Shown: piece after piece, positions 33,697 through 46,090 of the stretch
Layout: every line of letters begins with the position of its first letter
How positions within the stretch are numbered: the stretch's first letter is position 1
Source of the DNA: Mayamaea pseudoterrestris
Lineage: Eukaryota
Assembly: GCA_027923505.1 (NCBI GenBank)
Contig: BROI01000013.1
Location: forward strand, 62,001 to 126,000
Direction of reading: 5' to 3'
Length of the DNA stretch: 64,000 nt
Notes under the pieces: model-generated
Told to the model about the DNA's origin: nothing
Seen by the model: the letters and a program-made list of their open reading frames with translations, nothing else
Databases searched by the model: none
Made by a program: the position numbers and the translations under genes

Positions 33697-35756
33697 TCAA
33701 TCACTTGCCTCTTCCTCGACATGGACACGCTCGACGCATCCAATCGTATCCAGCTTGACACCAACAAAGGTCGCGGTTGCCTTCAAGCTAGACGAAAACT
33801 CGGACGTCTTGGCCTTCTTGTTCGCTATTCCATGCTTCGTCGATGGACGGTTCTTCATGCTCTTGTAGTACGCAGTCGAGTTCTTGATGGCCAACTCGTC
33901 CGACTCCAAATCAATCTGGCCATCGCCAACAAGACATTTTTTGGCGCTAATGACTCCATCTGTGTTCTCCTCCAAACCTATTAGAAACTCCATAGTCAAG
34001 CGCTTGCGCTTGCGCCAGAATGACGCCATGTGCTCGATGCGGCGCTTGATTTGGAGCTTGTGCTTTTCGTTCGCCTGCAGACCACGCGCCGCTTCTAACT
34101 TTTTCTTCAAATCGTCTAAAGCGGCCTCCTCCAATTCCAGGCGCGTCGTAGCTTCCTCATTAGTCGGCTCGGTGACCAATGTGGAGGCTTGGGCAAGCAT
34201 TGTCTTGATGCTGTCATTTAGAAAACCCAACTCAGCCTTCGTCTTGGCATGCTCGCTCAAGAGCTGGTTGCGAGCTTCCGGATCAAGCCCGTTACCATTA
34301 TTGGTGAGTTTGTTGTGATCGACAAAGTAAAGTGTCGCATTCGCCGTCTTGGCGGCCTTGACGGAGAGAGACTTGGCGTATGGATCGTTCGAGGCAACGT
34401 CGCTCTTGGTGGGCGAAGCAATCTTATTCTTTTTCGGTTCATCGTCTTCGTCGTCGCTCTCGGCAAACAAATTCTCCTCGCCAAGCTTCTCCAATGTCAT
34501 GTCGTTGAGGCTCTGCTTGAGTACTGGCGACGGAACCACGCCTTTGAGAGCCTGTTGGAAAATGAGAGTGATGAGTTGAATGACGCGTACCACATTGAAA
34601 CTTGACGTGCTTTGCGCTGCAAACTCACCTTGTGCAAATCCGTAATGTTCATGGGAGCAAACGCATCATGCAAGACATCGAAAATGAGTTTCTTTGCATC
34701 GTTTTTGTTGACAATGATGCGTGCATTCGGTCCGCCCAAGGATTCGGCCGTCGCCTGCCATTGGCGATGCATATCCAACTGCTTCTTTGAGACGGGTGCT
34801 TTCGCAGCGGCCTTCTTTGCGTCCGCGAGTCCAGGAGAAGGTGTAATGGTGCTCGAGTCAAGGTCAGTCGCTGTTGCATCAAAACCAACCTGCGCGCGTG
34901 GGCCAGGTGTAACGGTGTTAGAAACATCAATCGCATTGGTTGCTGCACATGGGCTCATGAGCGATGGAAAAATGGGCATTCCAATATCCAGTGTGCTCGA
35001 ACATTTGTCGACCAAAGTTTGCAAATGCTCCTTTGTCATGTGCTTGAGTGGCAGCTCGTGAAGATCCGGCCATCCGCCAAAATCCGCAACCTGCGGAGGA
35101 ATGACGATACGCGAGCGATGAGCGAAACGATTAATCAGATTTAGAAATTCTACCGTACCATCCGCTGGTGTACGTACCTGATGGTCCAAGCAGGAATACC
35201 ATTTCGTCGTAGGGTTTTGATTTGATACCCAAGCTACGCCGGCTGGGAGAGGACAGTTGTCATGCGAGCATTTGATTGGGCACTCTTGAGAAATTTCCGC
35301 GATGCTTAAAATCTTTTTCAAATCCCAAATCTCATCGGCCTCTTCATTGTCATCCGTCGTCATGTCATTTGGCTCCGTGGTTGGTTGTTGTTCGGTTTTC
35401 TCGAGTACGACTGGCTTCAGTGGCGAGTCGACAAGCTCGTCATTGTTGCCAGCTGGTTCCATGCCTTCGGGCCATCCTCCAAACTCGTCATCCTGACATT
35501 GCTCGCAAAGCGGCCATTCGTCACTTGGATCTGCGCTGCTCGTCCAAATGGCGATAGCCTTGCCTGAGCAGTCTGCTGTACGGCAAGTCGCGACAAAGCA
35601 GCCGTCGTGGTTGTTGCCAAGCAGAATTCGCTTCAAATCCCAAACGTCATCTTCCTCACTCGTCTCTTCTTTCATATCAACAGCTTCTTTTTTAATTTCC
35701 GCTTCACTGACCTGCTTGCTGCTTCCGCGCCGCCCCTTGGTGTTTGGTTTCGCCAT
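33697..35756 (-). CDS. HOP2: HOP2/TBPIP homolog with N-terminal duplicated Cys-rich module; introns 35091-35177 and 34552-34628
   Basis: Winged-helix-like LIFDVLHDAFAPMNITDL..LYF, coiled coil, WRKRKRL signature; MND1 is a less likely alternative. Confidence 0.7.
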
Positions 35757-36756
35757 CGTCAAAGTCGGAGCTGCAAGATCCGCTGCGCTGAAATAATGTG
35801 CACGTTCGTTTCGCGTCGTGCCCCGCCAGGAAAGATTTTGTGTCGTAGCGGTACAATTAAATACCGGTGCGATGTGACGTCGAACTGCCTGCCGACTGCC
35901 GACGACGAGATCCTTGTATCAAACGAACGGAATTCTTTCCTAGCCACCTTGATTCCAACAGCAACGAGTGAATTGATAAGCTCCATAACAAAGAAAGCTT
36001 TGAAATTCTAAAAATGGAGGAAAGGAGTCGTTGATAAATCAAAGAGCATTACGTATCGTATACGGTATCAACAAGTTCCATGGTCGAATGGGTGAAATTG
36101 GAATGATGGTGGAAGGACTTCTTCGCTTCTTCGTAGATCAAGCCCTTTCAGTATCTCAATAACTATATCAAGCTGCTTTTGGTCGAGGCCTTGAAGCAAT
36201 TTGACAGAATCCATATCTGTAGTTACATGCTGGATTAATGAGTATGAGCATGCATAGATCCGGTTCTTATGACGTTCGTTGCGCAAATACATTTTTTTGT
36301 GGTACAGTCTGGTGGTGTCGTGGCTTTTATATGATAAAGAACATATCCGTCTTTCAAACCAATCGAACCGAAGTGCAAACGGCGAAAAGGTAGTGTATCT
36401 CGGCTGACAAGATATGCCTTGACTAGCGCAAGGTCCATGGCGGTAGCGTCTGTTACCACTTATAGTTCCGTCCAGCGATTGTCAGTGCGAAATCATTTTA
36501 GCGCAAGCGACTACACCAGCAGGACTTGTTACGAGAATGTGTACACTGGAGGAAACTGAGAAAATAGGGAGTGTATTACCGTGCGCCGCCTTTCGCAAGG
36601 CAAAGAGAACTCTAATCCAATTTCAATTTTTGACCCAGACAATGCTGTCGTTCCTTGCCGCAAGCCATGTTTCGATAATTGAACAAGCGGAATTATAAAA
36701 TAACTTTAAGTAACGTATATTACTCAATTACACACATAAATATATTGCCCTGCCCG

Positions 36757-39700
36757 TCATCGCCCGCCATCTTCGATAGACTCTGTTAAAAGTTCTAGAA
36801 CCTTGTCCAAACCTATTGCACGCCACATTGCCTGCCAATTGTTGTCAATTGGTGCAGTGTCAAGCTTTCGGGCGACGGTATGCATTTGCTCAGGACTGGC
36901 ACCATATGGATACATGCCAGCCCGCTCTGCTCGTTGATGCATGGCGGTGAGTTCAGCGGGTGACATGACAGGATTGCGGGACATAAAATTGATTCCCTCA
37001 AACACACGAACGCCTCCTCGTTCGAGGCATTGGAACTGAATCGCTTCCGTGTAGTCGCCAGTCTTCGGATCCGTTTGAATGTCGACAATGTAGTTTGGAA
37101 ACTCGACACCAAAGCCTTTTTCGCGCAAAATACCTGGAGAGTCGTTTGGATCGACACGTCCAAACAAAAAGTAATGAGCGCCATTCGCAACGGGACTCTT
37201 GTCCCATGACAGGGGTGCTGCCTCGGGGGCCGGTCCTCTTACTCCAAAGTCGTCGATCCAACCATTGCCATCGTTCGTCAATCGAATATCTAATGTCGTG
37301 TCATAAACTTCCTTGAACTGGGTCCAGTCGTGGAACTTGGCCTCGTACCACAGCCCCTGATACTTGTTCAGGTCAAAATTTTCCATGCTTGGCTGACGGA
37401 CCTCGTCGTAGGAAGGGCAACCCTTGACGAGTTTACCCTGATAAGCATCGTCGAGGGCAAGGTTGTAGTCGCCAAGACCAGCTTGTCCGTCAAGGCCAGC
37501 TCCAACGTGATTAATGAATGCCGCAACCAAACCAACGTTCACCGCGTCTCGTACTTGCTTGGAAGAAGACATCGCCCAGATCACCGAAACATTGCCTGCC
37601 GCGAATAGAATCGGTATCAGTCCGCCAATTTGGGGCCCAGGAGTTCCGTGCAGCACTTCGCTTATCCAAAGTATGGGTTGTAGTAAGGGATGGGCCACAG
37701 CAAAAAAAATCCAGAAGTTGAGGGCTGCCCAAAACTCAGTAGGATCGGGAGTGTTTCCTTTCATCACCACTAGCGATTGGATAAAGTCAACCCAACCTTG
37801 CCAATGACTTGCTACCGCTACTCCTCCCAATATCATTGACACCCAAACAAGAAGGTTTGATGGCAAGCGTAGCGCTGTGTCAGTGCGCTCAATCGCAACG
37901 TCCGCATTTGCACTTTGCGCCACTCGTTTCCCTGTGGCAACCGTTTCGACCAGATCCACAAATGCGTCCGCAAAATTCGCATTCGTCGCTCCATCCACAA
38001 TCGGCGACACAGGATGAAAGGTGAGCTTCAACAGGCCATTCACCGTCATGCAGGAAACGGGATATAGGCAACCCGAGAGAGTGTGAGGCGTCGCATAGAA
38101 TATATCCCTAATTTGGTACTTTCCGTGGGTCGAGCTCAACACTCTCCGCTTTGACGCCTTTTCTTGTTCCAGTGCAAATGCCTCTTGCCTCTCAAAAACA
38201 CCAACGTTAGTAACACCGGCGCTGTATGCTCGTCCTTGTGACGATTTTGACTTTGATGATAGATGTACAAGGTTGGTAAGGTCCGAAATTGTCATGGCAA
38301 AATCAAAGACTCGAACAGCATGAGCAGGTCCATCCGATTCGATAAACTTTACTGTCTGTCGCTTCCCCTCCTGCGCCAGACCCCAAAAAATTTCTAAATT
38401 CTGCCTTGTCGGGTTTCGCCGTACCGTTTCACCACTTCTGTCGGGAATGGAGTCAAACATGAGGTCCATGCTCCCAGCCATGCAGGCAACGTGTTTCGCC
38501 GTTATCTAGTTTGGCACCAAATCGTCGCATGTCAAGAGACTCTAAGATCTTGTAGTTCCGTTCTTGTTGCTGGGACTTGGCAAAACTACCTCTGTCGATG
38601 AAGTCACTCAGCGTCAGCGTCATGGCCGCCGTGAGTGCATGAGTAATTGAAACTCCCTGGGCGCGACAAGCGTGTAATAAGGCGCTAGTGACGTCTTTTG
38701 AAAGCGATCGAAACTGCACCGTTGATTTACGCGTGCTTGTCGCGTCATCAATCCCACCGGCGGCTTGTCCGGAAATTATGGAAAGGGCTCCTACGAGTGG
38801 ATTCGTCGAGGACGCAGCTTCATGCTTTAGGGTCGTTTGTTCAGGCAAAATGACTGGATTTTTCAATGTTTCGGCAGCTTTGCCAATCACATACTGCAAA
38901 GTTCCAATCGACAATCCGCTGGTGCCAGCTTTCTTCCATTGTTGATCTCTACCCAGGACGGATTCCTCCATTGATACGGGCAAGTCATGTTGCATTAGTC
39001 GGATCGGTGATGCACTGGTACCACCGCTTTCCATGGTCGACAAAACTTCCAGAATTTGATCCAAGATGCGATTGGCACTACTTTGATCCGAGATTGCATG
39101 GTTGAAGCTGAAGACGAGTGCACAAGGAACATTGTTACTGGAAAAGGCATTTGCCTCGGTAGCAATTGTTGTCGTGTGAAGCTCCAGCTTCCAAAGCGGA
39201 CCCGCATCAATTTGACACCAATCGCCGCAATCCAAGTCTTTCGCGAATGCTCTTTTCCAACTTGCTTCTAGTGCATCGGGTGATGCCACTTGGACGACGT
39301 GTAAAATGTCGTCGACGTGGAATTGGTCATCGTTTGCGACAAATCGCAACGGATCAGGTTCGCCGACTCGTACCATTTGAAACAAATCAATCCGTTTCTC
39401 GGGCTCGCCCGTACCTTGGACGCGTGCACGTAGCAAAGGATGCGCTTGCTGAATTGTTTGGATCGCTTTGTGCAGCATTGTGAGCGACGGTGTGCGATTT
39501 AAAGTAGCTACCATGACATGGTTCATTTGCGCAAACTTTTCGCTCGACAAAGCGTATTGTCGAGGAAGCATGAGAAGCTCCTGTGAGCCCAGATTGCGAG
39601 ATTGGGCTTTTTTGTAGCGAATGGTCGTCTCTGGTTGCTGTTCGAATGATGTTTGCTCCAATGGTGAAGCAAAAAAGTACGTTGAAGCTGAAGTGGTGAC

Positions 39701-39901
39701 AGACTCGGGCGTTACGATAGGTTCTCGTTTTGCGAATTTCAGACGAGATCTCTTGTGTGATGCCCAATAATAGCTCCATGTCGATGATTGATGCTTTGTC
39801 GGAACGAAAGCATTACTGAAATGATGTTGATGCCTTAGCAGCAGCAAAAAGGACGACAAGGTGCCGATGATGAAACAACGGCGACGACCGACAAGAAACA
39901 T
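36757..39901 (-). pseudogene. Acyltransferase-lipocalin fusion, copy 1, one frameshift near 38491 (possibly a sequencing error)
   Basis: GCAACGTGTTTC here versus GCAACTGTTTC in copy 2; otherwise only a few substitutions. Confidence 0.8.
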
Positions 39902-40307
39902 GCTGATGATTTTACGGTTGCTAACTTTTATTCAATGCGTCTGTCTATTATACAGCAGGGGTTTCTGCAACGCTGACGAGTAATACTGTAGTAGAAGGTT
40001 TGATGATGGACTGATGAGATGTCGTTGAAGTGTTGCTGGAACAAGCAATCCGCGCGCGTCATGACTTCGTGTACCGGTACGATTTTTCGACACTGTGAAT
40101 CAAACAGTAGTGCCAAAAACTTTGATTTTCAACGGACGATGACTGTGGCTCTAACAGTTGTGCCAAAAACTTTGATTTTTGACACTATGCTCGATCTAGT
40201 ACACATCTTCATGAATACAGTGACTATGAAGTGGACTGTACTTTGTTATCGGCTTCGACGATTCTGCTGCTTCAACCATGTCGAGCAGCTCTCTACAAAC
40301 AAACACC

Positions 40308-41703
40308 ATAGCGGATTCTACAATCGCGGCAGAAGTGGAAATCAACAGAAAGCGAAAGGAAGAGTGGTCTCTCCTTCTAGATTACTATCGTCGGCAAGGA
40401 GTTTCGGAAGAACAATTGCTGGAAAGACAATGCAGGCATCGATTCATTCGGCTCAACCCAAGATTCGATGCGAGAGAAACACTTGAACTACTTCAAAGAA
40501 TGTAGGAATCACAATCAATCATCAAGACTACTTTGCGAATGAAGAATATCCAATGCTTGTTCCGTGGCTTGACGCAGCTTGGGGATTTTATGCCCTGCCT
40601 GGTGACTTTGGGTTGGCGCAATCCTCTTGCTTTCGATCCGGACGAGTCTACGCCAAGACGTGAGCTCGGGAGCAGCCGTTGCTGCGTTACTGACCAATCA
40701 ACTTGACATTGAACAAACATGTCAAGGAATAAGGGTTGACAGAACCGCTACTACGCAGCAATCCTCATGCATTTCAAGCCAAATCTCAGAGTCCTTGACC
40801 TGTGCTGCGCTCCTGGACTCAAGCTTTGCGCCATGGCGGACTATCTTCGCACCAACAACACTGCATCGCAGTTAATTGGAGTCGATATATCAGAGGAGAA
40901 CGAATATCTGCGTGCGAGTCATTCAAAAGTATCAGATTGATTTGGAAACGTCAGGACAGCAACTATCGGTTGGGTCTAGTTCGGAGACAGATACTGTTGA
41001 CGGCAACACCAAAGTGACATTTGCATCCAGTTTGCTGCAATGACGGAACAACTTATCTGCAAGACGAACTGCAGCTTACAATTTGGTGTTTGATTCGCGG
41101 GTTGCTGCGGAGAGTGTGCACTGTGGCAGAGGAAACGCATGAACAAAGGCGCCAAGGCGCGACGGCTAACTGCTACGAGGCAGAAGAATTTACATTTCGA
41201 TAACGACAAAAACCTGCTATTATTTGACCGCGTGCTTGTTGATGCAGAATGTAGCACGGATGGCTCGATAAAGCACAGCAAAGCGTTTCTCGAAAAAACA
41301 ACACCAAGACCATCGAACAATCATCGCAGAGGCAGTCTCATTGCTTCCTTGACGGACAAGGCGGGCTTGGGCGCTCGTTGCCCTGCAGAAGGGTCTTGCG
41401 GCGAATGGTTTCGATTACTGGCACCAGGAGGAAGCATGGTCTACTCAACGTGCTCATTGTCGGAGCAGCAAAATGAAGGCATCGTTCGGTGGTTGTTGGA
41501 AACGTACGGCAACGCCAAACTAGTTCCCATCATCATTGATGCATCGCCTTCGAATGGTATTCGACAAGGCAGTTTGTCTGGTACGCTTCGTTTTCTTCCT
41601 GGGCCGCAAGATACTAATGGTGCAGGTGATGAACGCAGCGTGTAAATGACAAACTAACTCGTTGGCGGTGGATTTATTCAGGCGCAAATTGCTCAGACTA
41701 TTG
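40308..41703 (+). pseudogene. Frameshifted copy of the NOP2/Sun RNA methyltransferase
   Basis: Aligns to 58371-59792 with many 1-3 nt deletions; start ATG reads ATA. Confidence 0.8.
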
Positions 41704-41733
41704 ACTCATGCCTCATTCCTGTAGTTCGTTATT

Positions 41734-44700
41734 CTAAGCAGCTTTATTACGCCAAATATTATGCCTTTCTTGGTTTCGATAGGGCAAGGAGGGGCCAAGC
41801 CAACGATCGCCAAAGCTCCGGCAATTCCAAGCGCCAGCAACTGCTCTGGGGCATGTCGCGAGCAGAGTACTGGTCTTAATAGGCTCCAAGCGCTTGACTG
41901 CAAGTTTGATGACCTTGCCTGTTTGCCGCGCGACATCCCATGCTTCCGCAACATTCGTCGCCAGTAATTATCACTACATCGCCCTCGTCTCTGTATATTG
42001 TAGCTGAATTTTATCATGCGGTATGCCAGACTTTTTCGGAAACGCTTTCGAGAAGCAAAGCAATGCTTGGAGGACGCTTGATGCGATGGGTGTTGCCAGC
42101 AGGATCCGTGACTGTAAAAACGCTTGCATTTTCAGTGCTGCGACTCAAATCGTCCATTTGATAGGCCATTTTGTTGGCGCTCTTCCCGAGCTCGCCAAGT
42201 GTGCTACCGGCAAAGGACTTGTCCTCTTCAAATTCAAGCGTTGCTGGAATATGCGAAGGGATTTGCGATGCAAACACCGGGCGGTGGGATTTGAGTTCGC
42301 TCTTGGCTGTGCTCTTTGACTGCGATTCCTCAAGGTCCATTGCATTGCTAAAGATCGACCGCCACAGCTTCCACCGCAGCCAAAATACATCTGATGTCAA
42401 CAAGGCCAACGACGTTTCCTGAAGCATTGACCACTGGCAACGTCAATTTTGTTTCGTACAGATTTGCAGTGCATCAAGAACCGTCAAATCTGGAAACGGA
42501 CTCGGGTTCCGATGTCATTACATCGAATACAGGAGTATCAAGCGGTAATTCATTCGCAATGGCGCGCGTCATCATATCCTTAAAGCCAAAAATGCCCAAC
42601 AACTTTCCATTCTCGACGATGGGCGCGGCATGCCGACTGGCCGCCATACGCAATGCAGCCTCGCGAATTGTTGTTGTTGGGCTGACCATAGTAGACGGCT
42701 TCCCTTTAAAAGCCCAGCAAGCGTCGGCAGCGCTTCGCCGCCACTGGCTGAGACAGTAGACTGCCAAGTAGATTCTGAAGCAAGGCAACCTGCGAATCAT
42801 TTGCATTATCCGAAGGCCAAGCGTCTTGACCAATTCTTCTGAACCTTTCAACATTTGTTTGTCTGAACCAGCGCGCTCCAGCTTCGCTATAGCAGCAGTC
42901 ATACATTTCTTAATATCAAGCACACCAACCACAGCTCCTTCACTGTCAACAACTGGCAAGTGACGGAAATGGTTTTCGATCATGCACTCAAGAGCGTCTA
43001 TGGCAGGATCGTCGAGTGCTACGCACGTTGGATCAATCGTGATTATGGCAGAAATAGGGTTGTTGCAAGATCCAGATCTCTTGCAACAGCCCGCCGAGTG
43101 AAGTCTGTGTCAGTTACTATGCCAGCGAGCGCTCCTTCTGGATAGACGACGAGTGATGCGTCGCTTCGCTTTCTTTGCAAAAGTTTAGCGACGTTTAGAA
43201 TACTTTCGTTGGTGAGCGACAAGACTGCTTTCATAGGACGGAGGTTTGCAACCGTCTTTTGTGCCACACAACGGCTTCCTTCTGCTCGGATAGAAGGACG
43301 CTCACTGGACCTCTTGGCGCTGAAATTGTCGATGCATCATCGACTTCCAACGCTTTGCTAAAATTGATCTCCACCCAACCGCCCCTCCGATCATATATGA
43401 CATCTACGTCAACCAATCCAGAACACGCCGTCTCCTCGACGACGGGAAGATCAAAAATTTGTTGTCAGCCATAGCATAGAGGCATCAATAACCTCTCTGG
43501 TGAATCTTCAGGTTCTCGAGTCATCACAGCAGACACTGAGTTTTTCGAGGAATTGCTTGCTGTCGGGACATCATTTAATCCAAAAATGCCAACAAGACTC
43601 ACTTCGACAATCGTGTTTGCTTTCCGCCTGCGCATACCAGCTTCCCTGATACTAGTTTGAGGGCCAATGATAGTGGACGGTCGCCCTTGCAATAAGCTCC
43701 GCAAGGTCGGAATAGCCTTCCCGCCGTGCCTTGGCCATTGAGACTCAAAGGGTATCAATGCTAAGCTCGCTCATTCGTCGCTCCTTGAACTATTTGATGA
43801 ACAGCGTCCTCTGCTACCTTTGGACTGCGAGTGCACGTTTCCAGCTTCGCAATGCTTCGTGCAAGCAATTCCTCTATCAGTTCGTCGACAATTTTCCATT
43901 CAAATCGGTAACTGGAGGATGGCGAAACTGATTCTCCAGCATGGTATTGAGGGCATCCTGAAAATCTCTGGACCAGTAGGATAGGAGTCATTGTTAACCT
44001 GGACAACACCCTGTAAAATCAGTATCTGTTACATGCCCATCACTTCCTCTTGATCACCAGTAATCGGACCTCTTGCCTTGCCACTGTTGTTGTCGCGAAA
44101 GAGTTTGTGGTTACGGTTTCGCGGGTCGAGTTTTCCCACCGTCTTGCCAGTTTGTGCGGACTTCGTCCGAACTCAGGTTCGATTACTTTCAACTGGCACC
44201 GGTGCTCGACTTAATTACACTCACCAAGATGGAGCAATCGAAACTATAAGTTGGTCCAGCAATCGTACGACGGACATTTCCGAGCCCTTAACTCATTTGT
44301 AAATTTCTGCTCCAACGGTTCTTCTCGACCAAGTCTTGCTTCTAAGCGCATTCATCTTTCCATGAATCTCCTCTGCCAAGTAATGCTTATTTGATATCGC
44401 GGTCCATCTCTATCTTTGACCTCGCAAAGTTCTTGGCAATCAACAGCGTTGGATAGCTGATCGTTCCTGTGGTTCCTCCGATCGTAGCATTTCCCCTTCT
44501 TGTATTCTGGATGCGACCCTCTATTGGGTCTGTGCCACACGCAAAGCTTGTTCAAGATCAAAGCGTGTGTTTTCTTAACACCGTCAAGCGTGGTGACTAT
44601 TCTTGCATTCCCTAGAGCTACACGCTGTCACTTCTCAATGGCTTCATCAATGTCTCTTGAACAATCCTGAAACCGGCTTCCGTTTCAAGTCGAGTCTGGC

Positions 44701-46090
44701 CAGCAACTGCCCCTCGAATCACGATTTCTGTCCGCAGACCAATTTAGATTCGATCACGCGTATATTGTCGCGCAATTCCCCTGCATTTCCACCTTTCGCT
44801 CTTCTCTTGTCTTGCCAGTTCCTGCAAAAAAATTTGTCTCATTGCTTCATTGAACGTTTGCATTCAACAATTCGTTTCTCAATGACTGCGCGAGTGAGCG
44901 GCCCTCCTTTCCACTGCAAGCCGGGTGCATACTGTGGAAAAAGATAAGTGTATATCTCACATAGCGCTTTAAAACACTGGCCATCCTTTCGATTCCAACT
45001 CACTAATCGTGCCACCCTTTTCGTTCTCTTGCTGTACGACAAACTTTCTTCCTTAGTAAATTTTCACTTTTCCGCGGTATGGATCAAAACGATTGAATCG
45101 CTCAATTCCTTGTCTCGTCTTGACATCTGCTTTTGTCATACGCCGATCCTAGCGGAAGCCACCCCGTAGCTGGCCCTCTGCTGACGACGAACTGGAGAGC
45201 GAAATTGACCCACGTGTAAAAGGCTGTAACTTTCCCACAGCCGCCCAAATTTTTTGAGTGTGCGAGCTGCGACGCGGACTCGATTTACAATTCTAACTTC
45301 TCTCCGCTACACTAAAAATATCTTCGTGTGACCTATCTGCAATGAGTTGTTCGGACAGTGTCTTGACCTGCACCTCCGCCATTTTTGAAGAAAGGAATCA
45401 AATCCTCCGTATCCCTCGCGACGATGCGTCTTCCATCATACCCGTACCATTCTGAAAACCTCGCGAGACAAATGAACCCTTCTTGTGCGATTTGGCCTCG
45501 TTTTTTTAAATTTTCAAGATTTCGAAACTATGACTCCACGAATGGATGACGAAATTATTCGAGTTGTTTGAACTCTCAACTGCAACTTTTCCTTCATCGA
45601 CGCCATCTTCTTGCTCAATATGTCATGTTCTTGTCGTTAAATCCTTGCTTTATCGAACCTGAACGAATTAGTTTTCGAACTTTACAATACAACATCCCGT
45701 CCGACTCTTACCTCTCCTGCATAATCTGAATTATAAACTCTGTCATCTTTGGGTCGAAAATTCTTATGTGCACCGATCAGTTTGTTTCACTGGCTTTCCC
45801 ATTCCAGTGAATTTGGCGATGACGCTCTCAAACCTACTGGGCGACGTTCCCTTTTCACCGCAACCATTCCACTGCTCCACCTTCGTCTAGTCCCCAAGAT
45901 CCCCTGCTCCACACCCCCTTGTTCAACGCTTGAAGTTATGACGTAACTTCTCCCTGCGTACTTTCTGACAACCCTCAAACAATCCGGTTAAAGTGGCGTT
46001 GTGGTTTTCTCGTTGCAGTTTAATCGCTGTTCAAAACATTAGTCTCGAAACACTCGAATCCATTCGTACACATGTCAGCCTTGACTGTCA
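41734..46090 (-). pseudogene. Heavily frameshifted copy of myosin 29 (tail plus part of motor domain)
   Basis: Aligns to 59844-64000; remnants near 45990-46075 read GFECFETN..EQ..IN.CNEK.QRHFN (motor switch-II/relay region). Confidence 0.8.

Larger units (their letters stand above)
35647..46090. repeat. Copy 1 of a >10-kb direct duplication (copy 2 starts 53712, offset about 18.06 kb); increasingly indel-ridden rightwards
   Basis: Near-identical sequence and ORF sets at 35.8-40.2 kb and 53.8-58.3 kb; dense small deletions from 40.3 kb on. Confidence 0.95.

Noticed and set aside
36068..36459. Small minus-strand gene from two adjacent ORFs (also 54127-54518)
   Set aside because: The obvious GT-AG pair does not join them in frame and no motif is recognisable; left uncalled
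38453..38500. Programmed frameshift splitting the acyltransferase-lipocalin gene
   Set aside because: Copy 2 is continuous; a single extra G is best explained as error or mutation
21946..39901. Carotenoid-ester gene cluster (PES-like plus acyltransferase-lipocalin)
   Set aside because: 13 kb apart with six unrelated genes between; no evidence of co-regulation
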